Shown one piece after another: positions 38,905 through 53,600 of a stretch of DNA of 64,000 bases. The position numbers and the translations under genes were made by a program. Numbering within the stretch: position 1 is the first letter of the stretch; each line of letters starts with the position of its first letter. A model generated the notes under the pieces. It saw nothing but the letters and a program-made list of their open reading frames with translations, did not search any database and was not told the DNA's origin. The DNA comes from Eledone cirrhosa (taxonomy: Eukaryota), in the NCBI GenBank assembly GCA_964016885.1, contig OZ024757.1:42966001-43030000 (forward strand), written 5' to 3'.

Positions 38905-41900
38905 GACTGTACTGCGCATGCGCCAAGGCCACCAGGACGTAGTGCGCATGCGCCAAGGCCATCGGACCGTAGTGCGCATGCGCCAAGTCTGCCAGACCGT
39001 AGTGCGCATGCGCCAAAGCCACCGGACCGTACTGCGCATGTGCCAAGGCCAACGGAACGTAGTGCGCATGCGCCAAGACCGCCGGACCGTAGTGCGCATG
39101 CGCCAAGACCGCCGGACCGTAGTGCGCGTGCGCCAAGGCCGCCAGACCGTAGTGCGCATGCGCCAAGGTCGCCGGGCCGTACTGCGCATGCGCCAAGGCC
39201 GCCGGGCTGTAGTGCGCATGCCCCAATGCTGCTAGACCGTAGTGCGCATGCACCAAAGCCGCCGGACCGTAGTGCGCATGCGCCAAGGCTGCCGGACCGT
39301 AGTGCGCATGCACCAAGGCCGCCGGACCGTTGTGCGCATGCGCAAAGAACGATGGCCCTTAGTGCGCATGCGCCAAGGCCGCCGGAACGTACTGCGCATG
39401 CGCTAAGGCCGCCGGACCTTACTACTCATGCGCCAAGGCCACTGGACAGTACTGCGCATGCGTCAAGGCCACCGGAACGTAGTGCGCATGCGCCAAGGCC
39501 GCCGTACCGTTGTGCGCATGCGCAAAGACCGCTGGCCCTTAGTGCGCATGCGCCATGGCCGCCGGACCTTACTGCGCATGCGCTAAGGCCGCCGGGCCTT
39601 ACTGCGCATGCGCCAAGGCCACTGGACTGTACTGTGCAGGCGCCAAGGCCAGCAGGACGTAGTGCGCATGCGCCAAGGCCATCGGACCGTAGTGCGCATG
39701 CGCCAAGTCTGCCAGACCGTAGTGCGCATGCGCCAAAGCCACCGGACCGTACTGCGCATGTGCCAAGGCCACCGGAACGTAGTGCGCATGCGGCAAGGTC
39801 GCCGGACCGTAGTGCGCATGCGCCAAGACCGCCGGACCGTAGTGCGCGTGCGCCAAGGCCGCCAGACCGTAGTGCGCATGCGCCAAGGTCGCCGGGCCGT
39901 ACTGCGCATGCGCCAAGGCCGCCGGGCTGTAGTGCGCATGCCCCAATGCTGCTAGACCGTAGTGCGCATGCACCAAAGCCGCCGGACCGTAGTGCGCATG
40001 CGCCAAGGCCGCCGGACCGTAGTGCGCATGCACCAAGGCCGCCGGACCGTTGTGCGCATGCGCAAAGAACGATGGCCCTTCGTGCGCATGCGCCAAGGCC
40101 GCTGGAACGTACTGCGCATGCGCTAAGGTTGCCGGACCTTACTGCGCATGCGCCAAGGCCACTGGACAGTACTGCTCATGCGCCAAGGCCACCGGAACGT
40201 AGTGCGCATGCACCAAAGCCGCCGGACCGTAGTGCGCAGGCGCGAAGGCCGCCGGACCGTTGTGCGCATGCGCAAAGACCGCTGGCCCTTAGTGCGCATG
40301 CGCCATGGCCGCCGGACCTTACTGCGCATGCGATAAGGCCACTGGACCGTAGTGCGCATGCGCTAAGGCTGCCGGACCTTACTGCGCATGCGCCAAGGCC
40401 ACTGGACAGTACCGCGCATGCGCCAAGGCCACCGGAACGTAGTGCGCATGCGCCAAGGCCGCCGGAACGTAGTGCGCATGCGGGAAGGTCGCCGGACAGT
40501 AGTGCGCATGCGCCAAGGCCACCGAACCGCATGCGCACAAAGATCCGGCGGCCTTGGCGCATGCGCAGTACGGTTCGGCGCCCTTGGCGCATGCGCACTA
40601 CGGTCTGGCGGCCTTGGCACATGCGCACTACCATCCGACGGCCTTGGGGCATGCGCAGTAAGATCCGGCGGCCTTGGAGCATGCGCACTACGGTCTGGCG
40701 GCCTTGGCACATGCGCACTACGGTCCGACGGCCTTGGGGCATGCGCAGTACGATCCGGCGGTCTTGGTGCATGCGCAGTACCGTCCGGTGGCCTTGGCGC
40801 ATGCGCACTACGGTGCAGCTGCTTTGGCGCATGCGCAGTACGGTTCGGCGGCCTTAGCGCATGCGCACTACGGTCCGGCGGGCTTGGCACATGCGCAGTA
40901 TGGTCCGGCGACCTTGACGCAGGCGCACTACGGTTCGGCGGCTCTGGCGCATGCGCACTGCGGTCCGGCGGCCTTGGCGCATACGCAGTACGGTCCGGCG
41001 GCCTTAGCGCATGCGCAGTTCGGTACTGGGACCTTGACGCATGCGCAGTACAGTCAGGCGGCCTTGGCGCATGCGCACTACGGTCCGGCGGCCTTGGCGC
41101 ATGCGCAGTATGGTCCGACGGCCTTGGCGCATGTGCACTATGTATCGGCGGCCTTGGCGCATGCGCACTACGGTTCGGCGGCTTTGGCGCATGCGCACTA
41201 CGATCCGGCGGCCTTGGCGCATGCGCACTACGGTCCGGCAGCCTTGGCGCATGCGCACTACGGTCATGTGGCCTTGGCGCATGCGCACTACGGTACTGCG
41301 GCCTTGTCGCATTCGCACTACGGTCCGGTGGCTTTGGCGCATGCGCACTACGATCCGGCGTCCTTGGCGCATGTGCAGTACGGTCCGGTGGCCTTGGCGC
41401 ATGCGCACTACGGTCCAGCTGCTTTGGCGCATGCGCAGTACGGTTCAGCGGCCTTAGCGCATGCGCACTACGGTCCGGCGGGCTTGGCGCATGCGCAGTA
41501 TGGTCCGGCGACCTTGACGCATGCGCACTACGGTTCGGCGGCTCTGGCGCATGCGCACTACGGTTCGGCGGCTCTGGCGCATGCACACTGCGGTCCGGCG
41601 TCCTTAACGCATGCGCAGTTCGGTACTGCGACCTTGACGCATGCGCAGTATAGTCAGGCGGCCTTGGCGCATGCGCAGTACGGTCCAGCGGCCTTAGCGC
41701 ATGCGCAGTTCGGTACTGCGACCTTGACGCATGCGCAGTACAGTGAGGTGGCCTTGGCGCATGCGCACTACGGTCCGGCGTCTTTGGCGCATGCGCAGTA
41801 TGGTCCGGCGGCCTTAGCGCATGCGCACTACGGTTCAGCGGCTCTGGCGCATGCGCACTACGGTCCGGCGGTCTTGGTGCATGCGCAGTACGGTACTGGG

Positions 41901-44900
41901 ACCTTGATGCATGCGCAGTACAGTCAGGCGGCCTTGGCGCATGCGCACTACGGTCCGGCGGCCTTGGCGCATGCGCACTACGGACCGGCGGCCTTGGCGC
42001 ATGCGCAGTACGGTCCGGCGGCCTTAGCGCATGCGCAGTTCGGTACTACGACCTTGACGCATGCGCAGTACAGTCAGGTGGCCTTGGCGCATGCGCAGTA
42101 CGGTCCGGCGGCCTTGAAAATGGTTAAACTGCATCATAAATTACTAAAATAACTCAAAATGGCTAAATATGGACTGTACTGCGCATGCGCCAAGGCCACC
42201 AGGACGTAGTGCGCATGCGCCAAGGCCATCGGACCGTAGTGCGCATGCGCCAAGTCTGCCAGACCGTAGTGCGCATGCGCCAAAGCCACCGGACCGTACT
42301 GCGCATGTGCCAAGGCCACCGGAACGTAGTGCGCATGCGGCAAGGTCGCCGGACCGTAGTGCGCATGCGCCAAGACCGCCGGACCGTAGTGCGCATGCGC
42401 CAGAGCTGCCGAACCGTAGTGCGCCTGCGTCAAGGTCGCCGGACCATACTGCGCATGTGCCAAGCCCGCCGGACTGTAGTGCGCATGCGCTAAGGCCGCC
42501 GAACCGTACTGCGCATGCGCCAAAGCAGCTGCACCGTAGTGCGCATGCGCCAAGGCCACCGGACGGTACTGCGCATGCACCAAGACCGCCGGATCGTACT
42601 GCGCATGCCCCAAGGCCGTCGGACCGTAGTGCGCATGTGCCAAAGCCGCCAGACCGTAATGCGCATGCTCCAAGGCCGCCGGATCTTACTGCGCATGCCC
42701 CAAGGCCGTCGGACAGTAGTGCGCATGCGCCAAGGCCGCCGAACCGTACTGCGCATGCGCCAAGGCCGCCGGATCTTTGTGCGCATGCGGTTCGGTGGCC
42801 TTGGCGCATGCGCACTACTGTCCGGCGACCTTCCCGCATGCGCACTACGTTCCGGCGGCATTGGCGCATGCGCACTACGTTCCGGTGGCCTTGGCGCATG
42901 CGCAGTACTGTCCAGTGGCCTTGGCGCATGCGCAGTAAGGTCCGGCAGCCTTAGCGCATGCGCACTACGGTCCAGTGGCTTTATCGCATGCGCAGTAAGG
43001 TCCGGCGGCCATGGCGCATGCGCACTAAGGGCCAGCGGTCTTTGCGCATGCGCACAACGGTCCGGCGGCCTTGGCGCCTGCGCACTACGGTCCGGCGGCT
43101 TTGGTGCATGCGCACTACGTTCCGGTGGCCTTGGCGCATGCGCAGTACTGTCCAGTGGCCTTGGCGCATGCGCAGTAAGGTCCGGCAGCCTTAGCGCATG
43201 CGCAGTACGTTCCGGCGGCCTTGGCGCATGCGCACTAAGGGCCATCGTTCTTTGCGCATGCGCACAACGGTCTGGCGGCCTTGGTGCATGCGCACTACGG
43301 TCCGGCGGCCTTGGCGCATGCGCACTACGGTCCGGCGGCTTTGGTGCATGCGCACTACGGTCTAGCAGCATTGGGGCATGCGCACTACAGCCCGGCGGCC
43401 TTGGCGCATGCGCAGTACGGCCCAGCGACCTTGGCGCATACGCACTACGGTCTGGCGGCCTTGGCGCACGCGCACTACGGTCCGGCGGTCTTGGCGCATG
43501 CGCACTACGGTCCGGCGACCTTGCCGCATGCGCACTACTTTCCGGTGGCCTTGGCACATGCGCAGTACGGTCCGGTGGCTTTGGCGCATGCGCACTACGG
43601 TCTGGCAGACTTGGCGCATGCGCACTACGGTCCGATGGCCTTGGCGCATGCGCAGTAAGGCCCGGCGGCCTTAGCGCATGCGCAGTAAGGTCCGGCGGCC
43701 ATGGCGCATGCGCACTAAGGGCCAGCGGTCTTTGCGCATGCGCACAATGGTACGGCGTCCTTGGCGCATGCGCACTACGTTCCGGTGGCCTTGACGCATG
43801 CGCAGTACTGTCCAGTGGCCTTGGCGCATGCGCAGTAAGGTCCGGCGGCCTTAGCGCATGCGCAGTACGTTCCGGCGGCCTTGGCGCATGCGCACTAAGG
43901 GCCATCGTTCTTTGCGCACCGTACTGCGCATGCGCCAAGGCCGCCGGAACGTAGTGCGCATGCGCCAAGGTCGCCTGACTGTACTGCGCATGCATCAAAG
44001 TCCCAGTACCGTACTGCGCATGCACCAAGACCGCCGGACCGTATTGCGCATGCGCCAAGGCCGCCGGGCCGTAGTGAGCATGCGCCAAAGACGCGGGCCC
44101 GTAGTGCGCATGCGCCAAGGCCACCTGACTGTACTGCGAATGCGTCAAGGTCGCAGTACTGAACTGCGCATGCGCTAAGGCCGCCGGATCGTAATGCGCA
44201 TGCGCCAAGGCCGCCTGACTGTACTGCGCATGCGTCAAGGTCGCAGTACCGAACTGCGCATGCGTTAAGGCCGCCGGACCGTACTGCGCATGCGCCAAGG
44301 CCGTCGGACCGTAGTGCGCATGTGCCAAGGCCGCCTGACTGTACTGCGCATGCGTCAAGGTCCCAGTACCGAACTGCGCATGCGCTAAGGCCGCCGGACC
44401 GTACTGCGCATGCGCCAAGGCCGCCGGACCGCAGTGCGCATGCGCCAGAGTCGCCGAACCGTAGTGCGCATGCGTCAAGGTCGCCGGACCATACTGCGCA
44501 TGCGCCAAGCCCGCCGGACCGTAGTGCGCATGGGCCAAAGCCGCCTGACCGTACTGCGCATGCGCCAAGTCCGCAGTACCGTACTGCGCATGCGACAAGG
44601 CCGCAGTACCGTAGTGCGCATGCGCCAAGGCCATATGACCGTAGTGCGCATGCGCCAAGGCCGCCGGACCGTAGTGCGCATGCGCCAAGTCCGCCGGATC
44701 GTAGTGCGCATGCGCCAAAGCCGCCGAACCGTAGTGCGCATGCGCCAAGGCCGCCGATACATAGTGCACATGCGCCAAGGCCGTCGGACCATACTGCGCA
44801 TGCGCCAAGGCCGCCGGACCGTAGTGCGCATGTGCCAAGGCCGCCTGACTGTACTGCGCATGCGTCAAGGTCGCAGTACCGAACTGCGCATGCGCTAAGG

Positions 44901-47900
44901 CCGCCGGACCGTACTGCGCATGCGCCAAGGCCGCCGGACCGTAGTGCGCATGCGCCAAGGCCGCCTGACTGTACTGCGCATGCATCAAGGTCCCAGTACC
45001 GTACTGCGCATGCACCAAGACCGCCGGACCGTAGTGCGCATGCGCCAGAGCCGCCGAACCGTAGTTCGCATGCGCCAAGGCCGCCGGAACGTACTGCGCA
45101 TGCGCTAAGGCCGCCGGACCTTACTGCGCATGCGCCAAGGCCACTGGACAGTACTGCGCATGCGTCAAGGCCACCAGAACGTAGTGCGCATGCGCCAAGG
45201 CCGCCGTACCGTTGTGCGCATGCGCAAAGACCGCTGGCCCTTAGTGCGCATGCGCCATGGCCGCCGGACCTTACTGCGCATGCGCCAAGGCCACTGGACT
45301 GTAGTGCGCATGCCCCAAGGCCACTGGACAGTACTGCGCATGCGTCAAGGCCACCGGAACGTAGTGCGCATGCGCCAAGGCCGCCGTACCGTTGTGCGCA
45401 TGCGCCAAGGCCGCTGGACCGTACTGCGCATGCGCAAAGGCCACCGGAACGTAGTGCGCATGCGCCAAGGCCGCCGGAACGTAGTGCGCATGCGCCAAGG
45501 CCGCCGGACCGTAGTGCGCATGCGCCAAGACTGACAGACCATAGTGCGCATGCGTCAAAGCCGCCGGACCTTACTGCGCATGCGCCAAGGCCACTGGAGC
45601 GTACTGCGCATGCGCCAAGGCCACCGGAATGTAGTGCGCATGCGCCAAGGCCGCCGGACCGTAGTGCGCATGCGCCAAGGCTGCCAGACCGTAGTGCGCA
45701 TGCGCCAAAGCCGCCGGACCGTACTGCGCATGTGCCAAGGCCACCGGAACGTAGTGCGCATGCGGGAAGGTCGCCGGTCCGTAGTGCGCATGCGCCAAGG
45801 CCGCCGAACCGCATGCGCACAAAGGTCCGGCGGCCCTGGCGCATGCGCAGTACGGTTCGGCGGCCTTGGCGCATGCGCACTACGGTCTGGCGGCCTTGGC
45901 ACATGCGCACTACGGTCCGACGGCCTTGGGGCATGCGCAGTAAGATCCGGCGGTCTTGGAGCATGCGCACTACGGTCTGGCGGCCTTGGCGCATGCGCAC
46001 TACGGTCTGGCAGCCTTGGCGCATGCGCACTACGGTCCGGCGGCCTTGGCGCATGCGCACTACTTTCCGGTGGCCTTGGCGCATGCGCAGTACGCTCCAG
46101 TGGCCTTGGCGCATGCGCACTACGGTCTGGCGGCCTTGGCACATGCGCACTACGGTCCGACGGCCTTGGGGCATGCGCAGTAAGGTCCGGCGGCTTTGGC
46201 GCATGCGCACTATGGTCTGTGAGTCTTGGCGCATGCGCACTACGGTCCGGCGGCCTTGGCGCATGCGCACTACGTTCCGGCGGCCTTGGCGCATGCGCAC
46301 TACGTTCCGGTGGCCTTTGCGCATGCGCAGTACGGTCCAGCGGCCTTGGCGCATGCGCACAACGGTACGGCGGCCTTGGCGCATGCGCACTACGGCCCGG
46401 TGGCCTTGACGCATGCGCAATACTGTCCAGTGGCCTTGGGGCATGCGCACTACAGTCCAGTGGCCTTGGCGCATGCGTAGTAAGGTCCGGCGGCCATGGC
46501 GCATGCGCACTAAGGGCCAGCGGTCTTTGCGCATGCGCACAACGGTACGGCGGCCTTGGCGCATGCGCACTACGTTCTGGTGGCCTTGACGCATGCGCAG
46601 TACTGTCCAGTGGCCTTGGCGCATGCGCAGTAAGGTCCGGCGGCCTTAGCGCATGCGCAGTACGTTCCGGCGGCCTTGGCGCATGCTCACTAAGATGGCC
46701 ATCGTTCTTTGCGCATGCGCACAACGGTCCGGCGGCCTTGGTGCATGCGCACTACGGTCCGGCAGCCTTGGCGCATGCGCACTACGGTCCGCTGGCTTTG
46801 GTGCATGAGCACTACGGTCTAGCAGCATTGGGGCATGCGCACTACAGCCCGGCGGCCTTGGCGCATGCGCAGTACGGCCCGGCGACCTTGGCGCATGCGC
46901 ACTACGGTCTGGCGGCCTTGGCGCACGCGCACTACGGTCCGGCGGTCTTGGCGCATGCGCACTACGGTCCGGCGACCTTGCCGCATGCGCACTACGTTCC
47001 GGTGGCCTTGGCACATGCGCAGATGGACCGTAGTGCGCATGCGCCAAGGCCACCGGACCGTACTGCACATGCGCCAAGGACGCCGGACCGTAGTGCGCAT
47101 GCGCCAAAGCCACCGGACCGTAGTGCGCATGCGACAATGCCGCAGTACCGTAGTGCGCATGCGCCAAGGCCACATGACCGTAGTGCGCATGCGCCAAGGC
47201 TGCCGGACCGTAGTGCGCATGCGCCAAGGCCGCCGGATCGTAGTGCGCATGCGCCAAAGCCGCCGAACCGTAGTGCGCATGCGCCAAGGCCGCCGGACCG
47301 TAGTGCGCATGCGCCAAGGCCGCCTGACTGTACTGCGCATGCGTCAAGGTCCCAGTACCGAACTGCGCATGCGCTAAGGCCGCCGGACCGTACTGCGTAT
47401 GCGCCAAGGCCGCCGGACCGCAGTGCGCATGCGCCAGAGCCGCCGAACCGTAGTGCGCCTGCGTCAAGGTCGCCGGACCATACTGCGCATGTGCCAAGCC
47501 CGCCGGACCGTAGTGCGCATGCGCTAAGGCCGCCGAACCGTACTGCGCATGCGCCAAAGCAGCTGCACCGTAGTGCGCATGCGCCAAGGCCACCGGACGG
47601 TACTGCGCATGCACCAAGACCGCCGGATCGTACTGCGCATGCCCCAAGGCCGTCGGACCGTAGTGCGCATGTGCCAAGGCCGCCAGACCGTAGTGCGCAT
47701 GCTCCAAGGCCGCCGGATCTTACTGCGCATGCCCCAAGGCCGTCGGATGGTAGTGCGCATGTGCCAAGGCCGCCAGACCGTAGTGCGCATGCGCCAAGGC
47801 CGCCGAACCGTACTGCGCATGCGCCAAGGCCGCCGGATCTTTGTGCGCATGCGGTTCGGTGGCCTTGGCGCATGCGCACTACTGTCCGGCGACCTTCCCG

Positions 47901-49478
47901 CATGCGCACTACGTTCCGGCGGCCTTGGCGCATGCGCACTACGTTCCGGTGGCCTTGGCGCATGCGCAGTACTGTCCAGTGGCCTTGGCGCATGCGCAGT
48001 AAGGTCCGGCAGCCTTAGCGCATGCGCACTACGGTCCAGTGGCCTTATCGCATGCGCAGTAAGGTCCGGCGGCCATGGCGCATGCGCACTAAGGGCCAGC
48101 GGTCTTTGCGCATGCGCACAACGGTCCGGCGGCCTTCGCGCCTGCGCACTACGGTCCGGCGGCTTTGGTGCATGCGCACTACGTTCCGGTGGCCTTGGCG
48201 CATGCGCAGTACTGTCCAGTGGCCTTGGCGCATGCGCAGTAAGGTCCGGCAGCCTTAGCGCATGCGCAGTACGTTCCGGCGGCCTTGGCGCATGCGCACG
48301 AAGGGCCATCGTTCTTTGCGCATGCGCACAACGGTCCGGCGGCCTTGGTGCATGCGCACTACGGTCCGGCGGCCTTGGCGCATGCGCACTACGGTCCGGC
48401 GGCTTTGGTGCATGCGCACTACGGTCTAGCAGCATTGGGGCATGCGCACTACAGCCCGGCGGCCTTGGCGCATGCGCAGTACGGCCCGGCGACCTTGGCG
48501 CATGCGCCCTACGGTCTGGCGGCCTTGGCGCACGCGCACTACGGTCCGACGGTCTTGGCGCATGCGCACTACGGTCCGGCGACCTTGCCGCATGCGCACT
48601 ACGTTCCGGTGGCCTTGGCACATGCGCAGTACGGTCCGGTGGCTTTGGCGCATGCGCACTACGGTCTGGCAGACTTGGCGCATGCGCACTACGGTCCGAT
48701 GGCCTTGGCGCATGCGCACTACGTCCTGCTGGCCTTGGCGCCTGCACAGTACAGTCCAGTGGCCTTGGCGCATGCGCAGTAAGGCCCGGCGGCCTTAGCG
48801 CATGCGCAGTAAGGTCCGGCGGCCATGGCGCATGCGCACTAAGGGCCAGCGGTCTTTGCGCATGCGCACAATGGTACGGCGGCCTTGGCGCATGCGCACT
48901 ACGTTCCGGTGGCCTTGACGCATGCGCAGTACTGTCCAGTGGCCTTGGCGCATGCGCAGTAAGGTCCGGCGGCCTTAGCGCATGCGCAGTACGTTCCGGC
49001 GGCCTTGGCGCATGTGCACTAAGGGCCATCGTTCTTTGCGCATGCGCACAACGGTCCGGCGGCCTTGGTGCATGCGCACTACGGTCCGGCGGCCTTGGCG
49101 CATGCGCACTACGGTCCGGCGGCTTTGGTGCATGCGCACTACGGTCTAGCAGCATTGGAGCATGCACACTACAGCCCGGCGGCCTTGGCGCATGCGCAGT
49201 ACGGCCCGGCGACCTTGGCGCATGCGCACTACGGTCTGGCGGCCTTGGCGCACGCGCACTACGGTCCGGCGGTCTTGGCGCATGCGCACTACGGTCCGGC
49301 GGCCTTGCCGCATGCGCACTACGTTCCGGTGGCCTTGGCACATGCGCAGTACGGTCCGGTGGCTTTGGCGCATGCGCACTACGGTCTGGCAGACTTGAAG
49401 CATGCGCACTACGGTCCGATGGCCTTGGCGCATGCGCACTACGTCCTGGTGGCCTTGGCGCATGCGCAGTACAGTCCA
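38903..49478. repeat. Inverted duplication, arms ~38903-41417 and ~47024-49478
   Basis: Mirror coordinates sum to 88381 (e.g. ORFs 39583..39939 and 48442..48798). The sum shifts to 88441 after a two-monomer indel. Confidence 0.88.
42117..42171 (-). repeat. Mini AT spacer (55 bp)
   Basis: AAAATGGTTAAACTGCATCATAAATTACTAAAATAACTCAAAATGGCTAAATATG, which equals the last 55 bp of the 38672-38904 spacer. Confidence 0.92.
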
Positions 49479-50418
49479 GTGGCCTTGGCGCATGCGCAGT
49501 GAGGTCCGGCGGCCTTAGCGCATGCGCAGTAAGGTCCGGCGGCCATGGCGCATGCGCACTAAGGGTCAGCGGTCTTTGCGCATGCGCACAACGGTACGGC
49601 GGCCTTGGCGCATGCACACTACGGCCCGGCGGCCTTGGCGCCTGCACACTACGGTCCGGCGGCTTTGGTGCATGCGCACTACGGTCCGGCGGCGCGCACT
49701 ACGTTCCGGTGGCCTTGGCGCATGCGCAGTACGCTCCAGTGGCCTTGGCGCATGCGCAGTAAGGTCCGACGGCTTTGGCGCATGCGCACTATGGTCTTTC
49801 AGTTTTGGCGCATGCGCACTACGGTCCGGCGGCCTTCGCGCATGCGCACTACGTTCCGGCGGCCTTGGCGCATGCGCACTACGTTCCGGTGGCCTTTGCG
49901 CATGCGCAGTACGGTCCAGCGGCCTTGGCGCATGCGCACAACGGTACGGCGGCCTTGGCGCATGCGCACTACGTTCCGGTGGCCTTGGCGCATGCGCAGT
50001 ACTGTCCAGTGGCCTTGGCGCATGTGCAGTAAGGTCCGGCGGCCTTAGCGCATGCGCAGTACGTTCCGACGGCCTTGGCGCATGCGCACTAAGGGCCATC
50101 GTTCTTTGCGCATGCGCACAACGGTCCGGCGGCCTTGGTGCATGCGCACTACGGTCCGGCGGCCTTAGCGCATGCGCAGTTCGGTACTGCGACCTTGACG
50201 CATGCGCAGTACAGTCAGGTGGCCTTGGCGCATGCGCACAACGGTCCGGCGCCCTTGGCGCATGCTCAGTATGGTCCGACGGCCTTGGCGCATGTGCACT
50301 ATGTATCGGCGGCCTTGGCGCATGCGCACTACGGTTAGGCGGCTTTGGCGCATGCGCACTACGATCAGGCCGTCTCGGCGCGTGCGCAGTACGGTCTGGC
50401 GGTCTTGGCGCATGGGCA

Positions 50419-50685
50419 CGTCATCAAAAAGGACTAACATGGCCGAAATGTCATCATGTATGTCTGAAATTACAACAAAATGGCTAAGACGGCATAATAA
50501 ATGACTAAAGTGACAATAAAATGCTAAAACCGTATCATAATTGACTAGAATGACTCTAACACGACTGAAACGTCTAAAATGACTATAAATGGCTCTAAAA
50601 TGGTTAAACTGCATCATAAATTTCTAAAATAACTCAAAATGGCTAAATATGGCAACATAAAGGCTTAAAATGGCTAAAAAGTCAT
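50419..50685 (-). repeat. AT-rich spacer, type C (267 bp)
   Basis: Ends AAGGCTTAAAATGGCTAAAAAGTCAT|CCGGA, the reverse complement of the long-spacer left junction. Confidence 0.92.
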
Positions 50686-53600
50686 CCGGACCGTACTGCA
50701 CATGCTTCAAGGACTTCGGACCGTCGTGCGCATGCGCCAAGGCCTCCGAACCGTAGTGCGCATGCGCCAACGCCGCCGGACCGTAGTGCGCATGCGCCAA
50801 GGCCGCCGGACCGTAGTGCGCATGCGCCAAGGCCGCCAGACCGTAGTGCACATGCGCCAAGGCCGCCGGGCCGTACTGCGCATGCGCCAAGGCCGCCGGA
50901 CCGTAGTGCGCATGCGCCAATGCTGCCAGACCGTAGTGCGCATGCACCAAAGCTGCCGGACCGTAGTGCGCATGCGCCAAGGCCGCCGGACCGTTGTGCG
51001 CATGCGCCAAGGCCACTGGACCGTAGTGCGCACGCGCCAATGCCATCGGACCGTAGTGCGCATGCGCCAAGTCTGCCAGACCGTAGTGCGAATGCGCTAA
51101 AGCCACCGGACCGTACTGCGCATGTGCCAAGGCCACCGGAACGTAGTGCGCATGCGGCAAGGTCGCCGGACCGTAGTGCGCATGCGCCAAGACCGCCGGA
51201 CCGTAGTGCGCATGCGCCAATGCTGCCAGACCGTAGTGCGCATGCGCCAAGGCCGCCGTGCCGTAGTGTGCATGCGCCAAGGCCGCCGGACCGTTGTGCG
51301 CATGCGCAAAGACCGCTGGCCCTTAGTGCGCATGCACCAAGGCCGCCGGACCGTTGTGCGCATGCGCAAAGAACAATGGCCCTTAGTGCGCATGCGCCAA
51401 GGCCGCCGTAACGTACTGCGCATGCGCTCAGGCCGCCGGACCTTACTGCGCATGCGCCAAGGCCACTGGACAGTACTGCGCATGCGTCAAGGCCACCGGA
51501 AAGTAGTGCGCATGCGCCAAGGCCGCCGTACCGTTGTGCGCATGCGCAAAGACCGCTGGCCCTTAGTGCGCATGCGCCATGGCCGCCGGACCTTACTGCG
51601 CATGCGCCAAGGCCACTGGACTGTACTGCGCATGCGCCAAGGCCACCAGGACGTAGTGCGCATGCGCCAAGGCCATCGGACCGTAGTGCGCATGCGCCAA
51701 GTCTGCCAGACCGTAGTGCGCATGCGCCAAAGCCACCGGACCGTACTGCGCATGTGCCAAGGCCACCGGAACGTAGTGCGCATGCGGCAAGGTCGCCGGA
51801 CCGTAGTGCGCATGCGCCAAGACCGCCGGACTGTAGTGCGCGTGCGCCAAGGCCGCCAGACCGTAGTGCGCATGCGCCAAGGTCGCCGGGCCGTACTGCG
51901 CATGCGCCAAGGCCGCCGGGCTTTAGTGCGTATGCCCCAATGCTGCTAGACCGTAGTGCGTATGCACCAAAGCCGCCGGACCGTAGTGCGCATGCGCCAA
52001 GGCCGCCGGACCGTAGTGCGCATGCACCAAGGCCGCCGGACCGTTGTGCGCATGCGCAAAGAACGATGGCCCTTAGTGCGCATGCGCCAAGGCCGCCGGA
52101 ACGTACTGCGCATGCGCTAAGGCTGTCGGACCTTACTGCGCATGCGCCAAGGCCACTGGACAGTACTGCGCATGCGCCAAGGCCACCGGAACGTAGTGCG
52201 CATGCGCCAAGGCCGCCGTACCGTTGTGCGCATGCGCCAAGGCCGCTGGACCGTACTGCGCATGCGCAAAGGCCACCGGAACGTAGTGTGCATGCGCCAA
52301 GGCCGCCGGAACGTAGTCCGCATGCGCGAAGGCCGCCGGACCGTAGTGCGCATGCGCCAAGACTGACAGACCATAGTGCGCATGCACCAAAGCCGCCGGA
52401 CCTTACTGCGCATGCGCCAAGGCCACTGGAGCGTACTGCGCATGCGCCAAGGCCACCGGAACGTAGTGCGCATGCGCCAAGGCCGCCGCACCGTAGTGCG
52501 CATGCGCCAAGGCTGCCAGACCGTAGTGCGCATGCGCCAAAGCCGCCGGACCGTACTGCGCATGTGCCAAGGCCACCGGAACGTAGTGCGCATGCGGGAA
52601 GGTCGCCGGACCGTAGTGCGCATGCGCCAAGGCCGCCGAACCGCATGCGCACAAAGGTCCGGCAGCCTTGGCGCATGCGCAGTACGGTTCGGCGGCCTTG
52701 GCGCATGCGCACTACGGTCTGGCGGCCTTGGCACATGCGCACTACGGTCCGACGGCCTTGGGGCATGCGCAGTAAGATCCGGCGGTCTTGGAGCATGCGC
52801 ACTACGGTCTGGCGGCCTTGGCACATGCGCACTACTGTCCGACGGCCTTGGGGCATGCGCAGTACGATCCGGCGGTCTTGGATCATGCGCAGTACCGTCC
52901 CGTGGCCTTGGCGCATGCGCACTACGGTCCAGCTGCTTTGGCGCATGCGCAGTACGGTTCGGCGGCCTTAGCGCATGCGCACTACGGTCCGGAGGGCTTG
53001 GCGCATGCGCAGTATGGTCCGGCGACCTTGACGCAGGCGCACTACGGTTCGGCGGCTCTGGCGCATGCGCACTGCGGTCCGGCGGCCTTGGCGCATGCGC
53101 AGTACGGTCCGGCGGCCTTAGCGCATGCGCAGTTCGGTACTGGGACCTTGACGCATGCGCAGTACAGTCAGTCGGTCTTGGCGCATGCGCACTACGGTCC
53201 GGCGGCCTTGGCGCATGCGCAGTACGGTTCGGCGGCTTTGGCGCATGCGCACTACGGTCCGGCGGCCTTGGCACATGCGCAGTACGGTCCGGCGGCCTTA
53301 ACGCATGCGCAGTTCGGTACTGCGACCTTGACGCATGCGCAGTACAGTCAGGCGGCCTTGGCGCATGCGCAGTACGGTCCGGCGGCCTTAGCGCATGCGC
53401 AGTTCGGTACTGCGACCTTGACGCATGCGCAGTACAGTCAGGTGGCCTTGGCGCATGCGCACTACGGTCCGGCGTCTTTGGCGCATGCGCACTACGGTCC
53501 GGCGGCCCCGGCGCATGCGCAGTATGGTCCGGCGGCCTTGGCGCATGCGCACTACGGTTCGGCGGCTCTGGCGCATGCGCACTACGGTCCGGCGGTCTTG

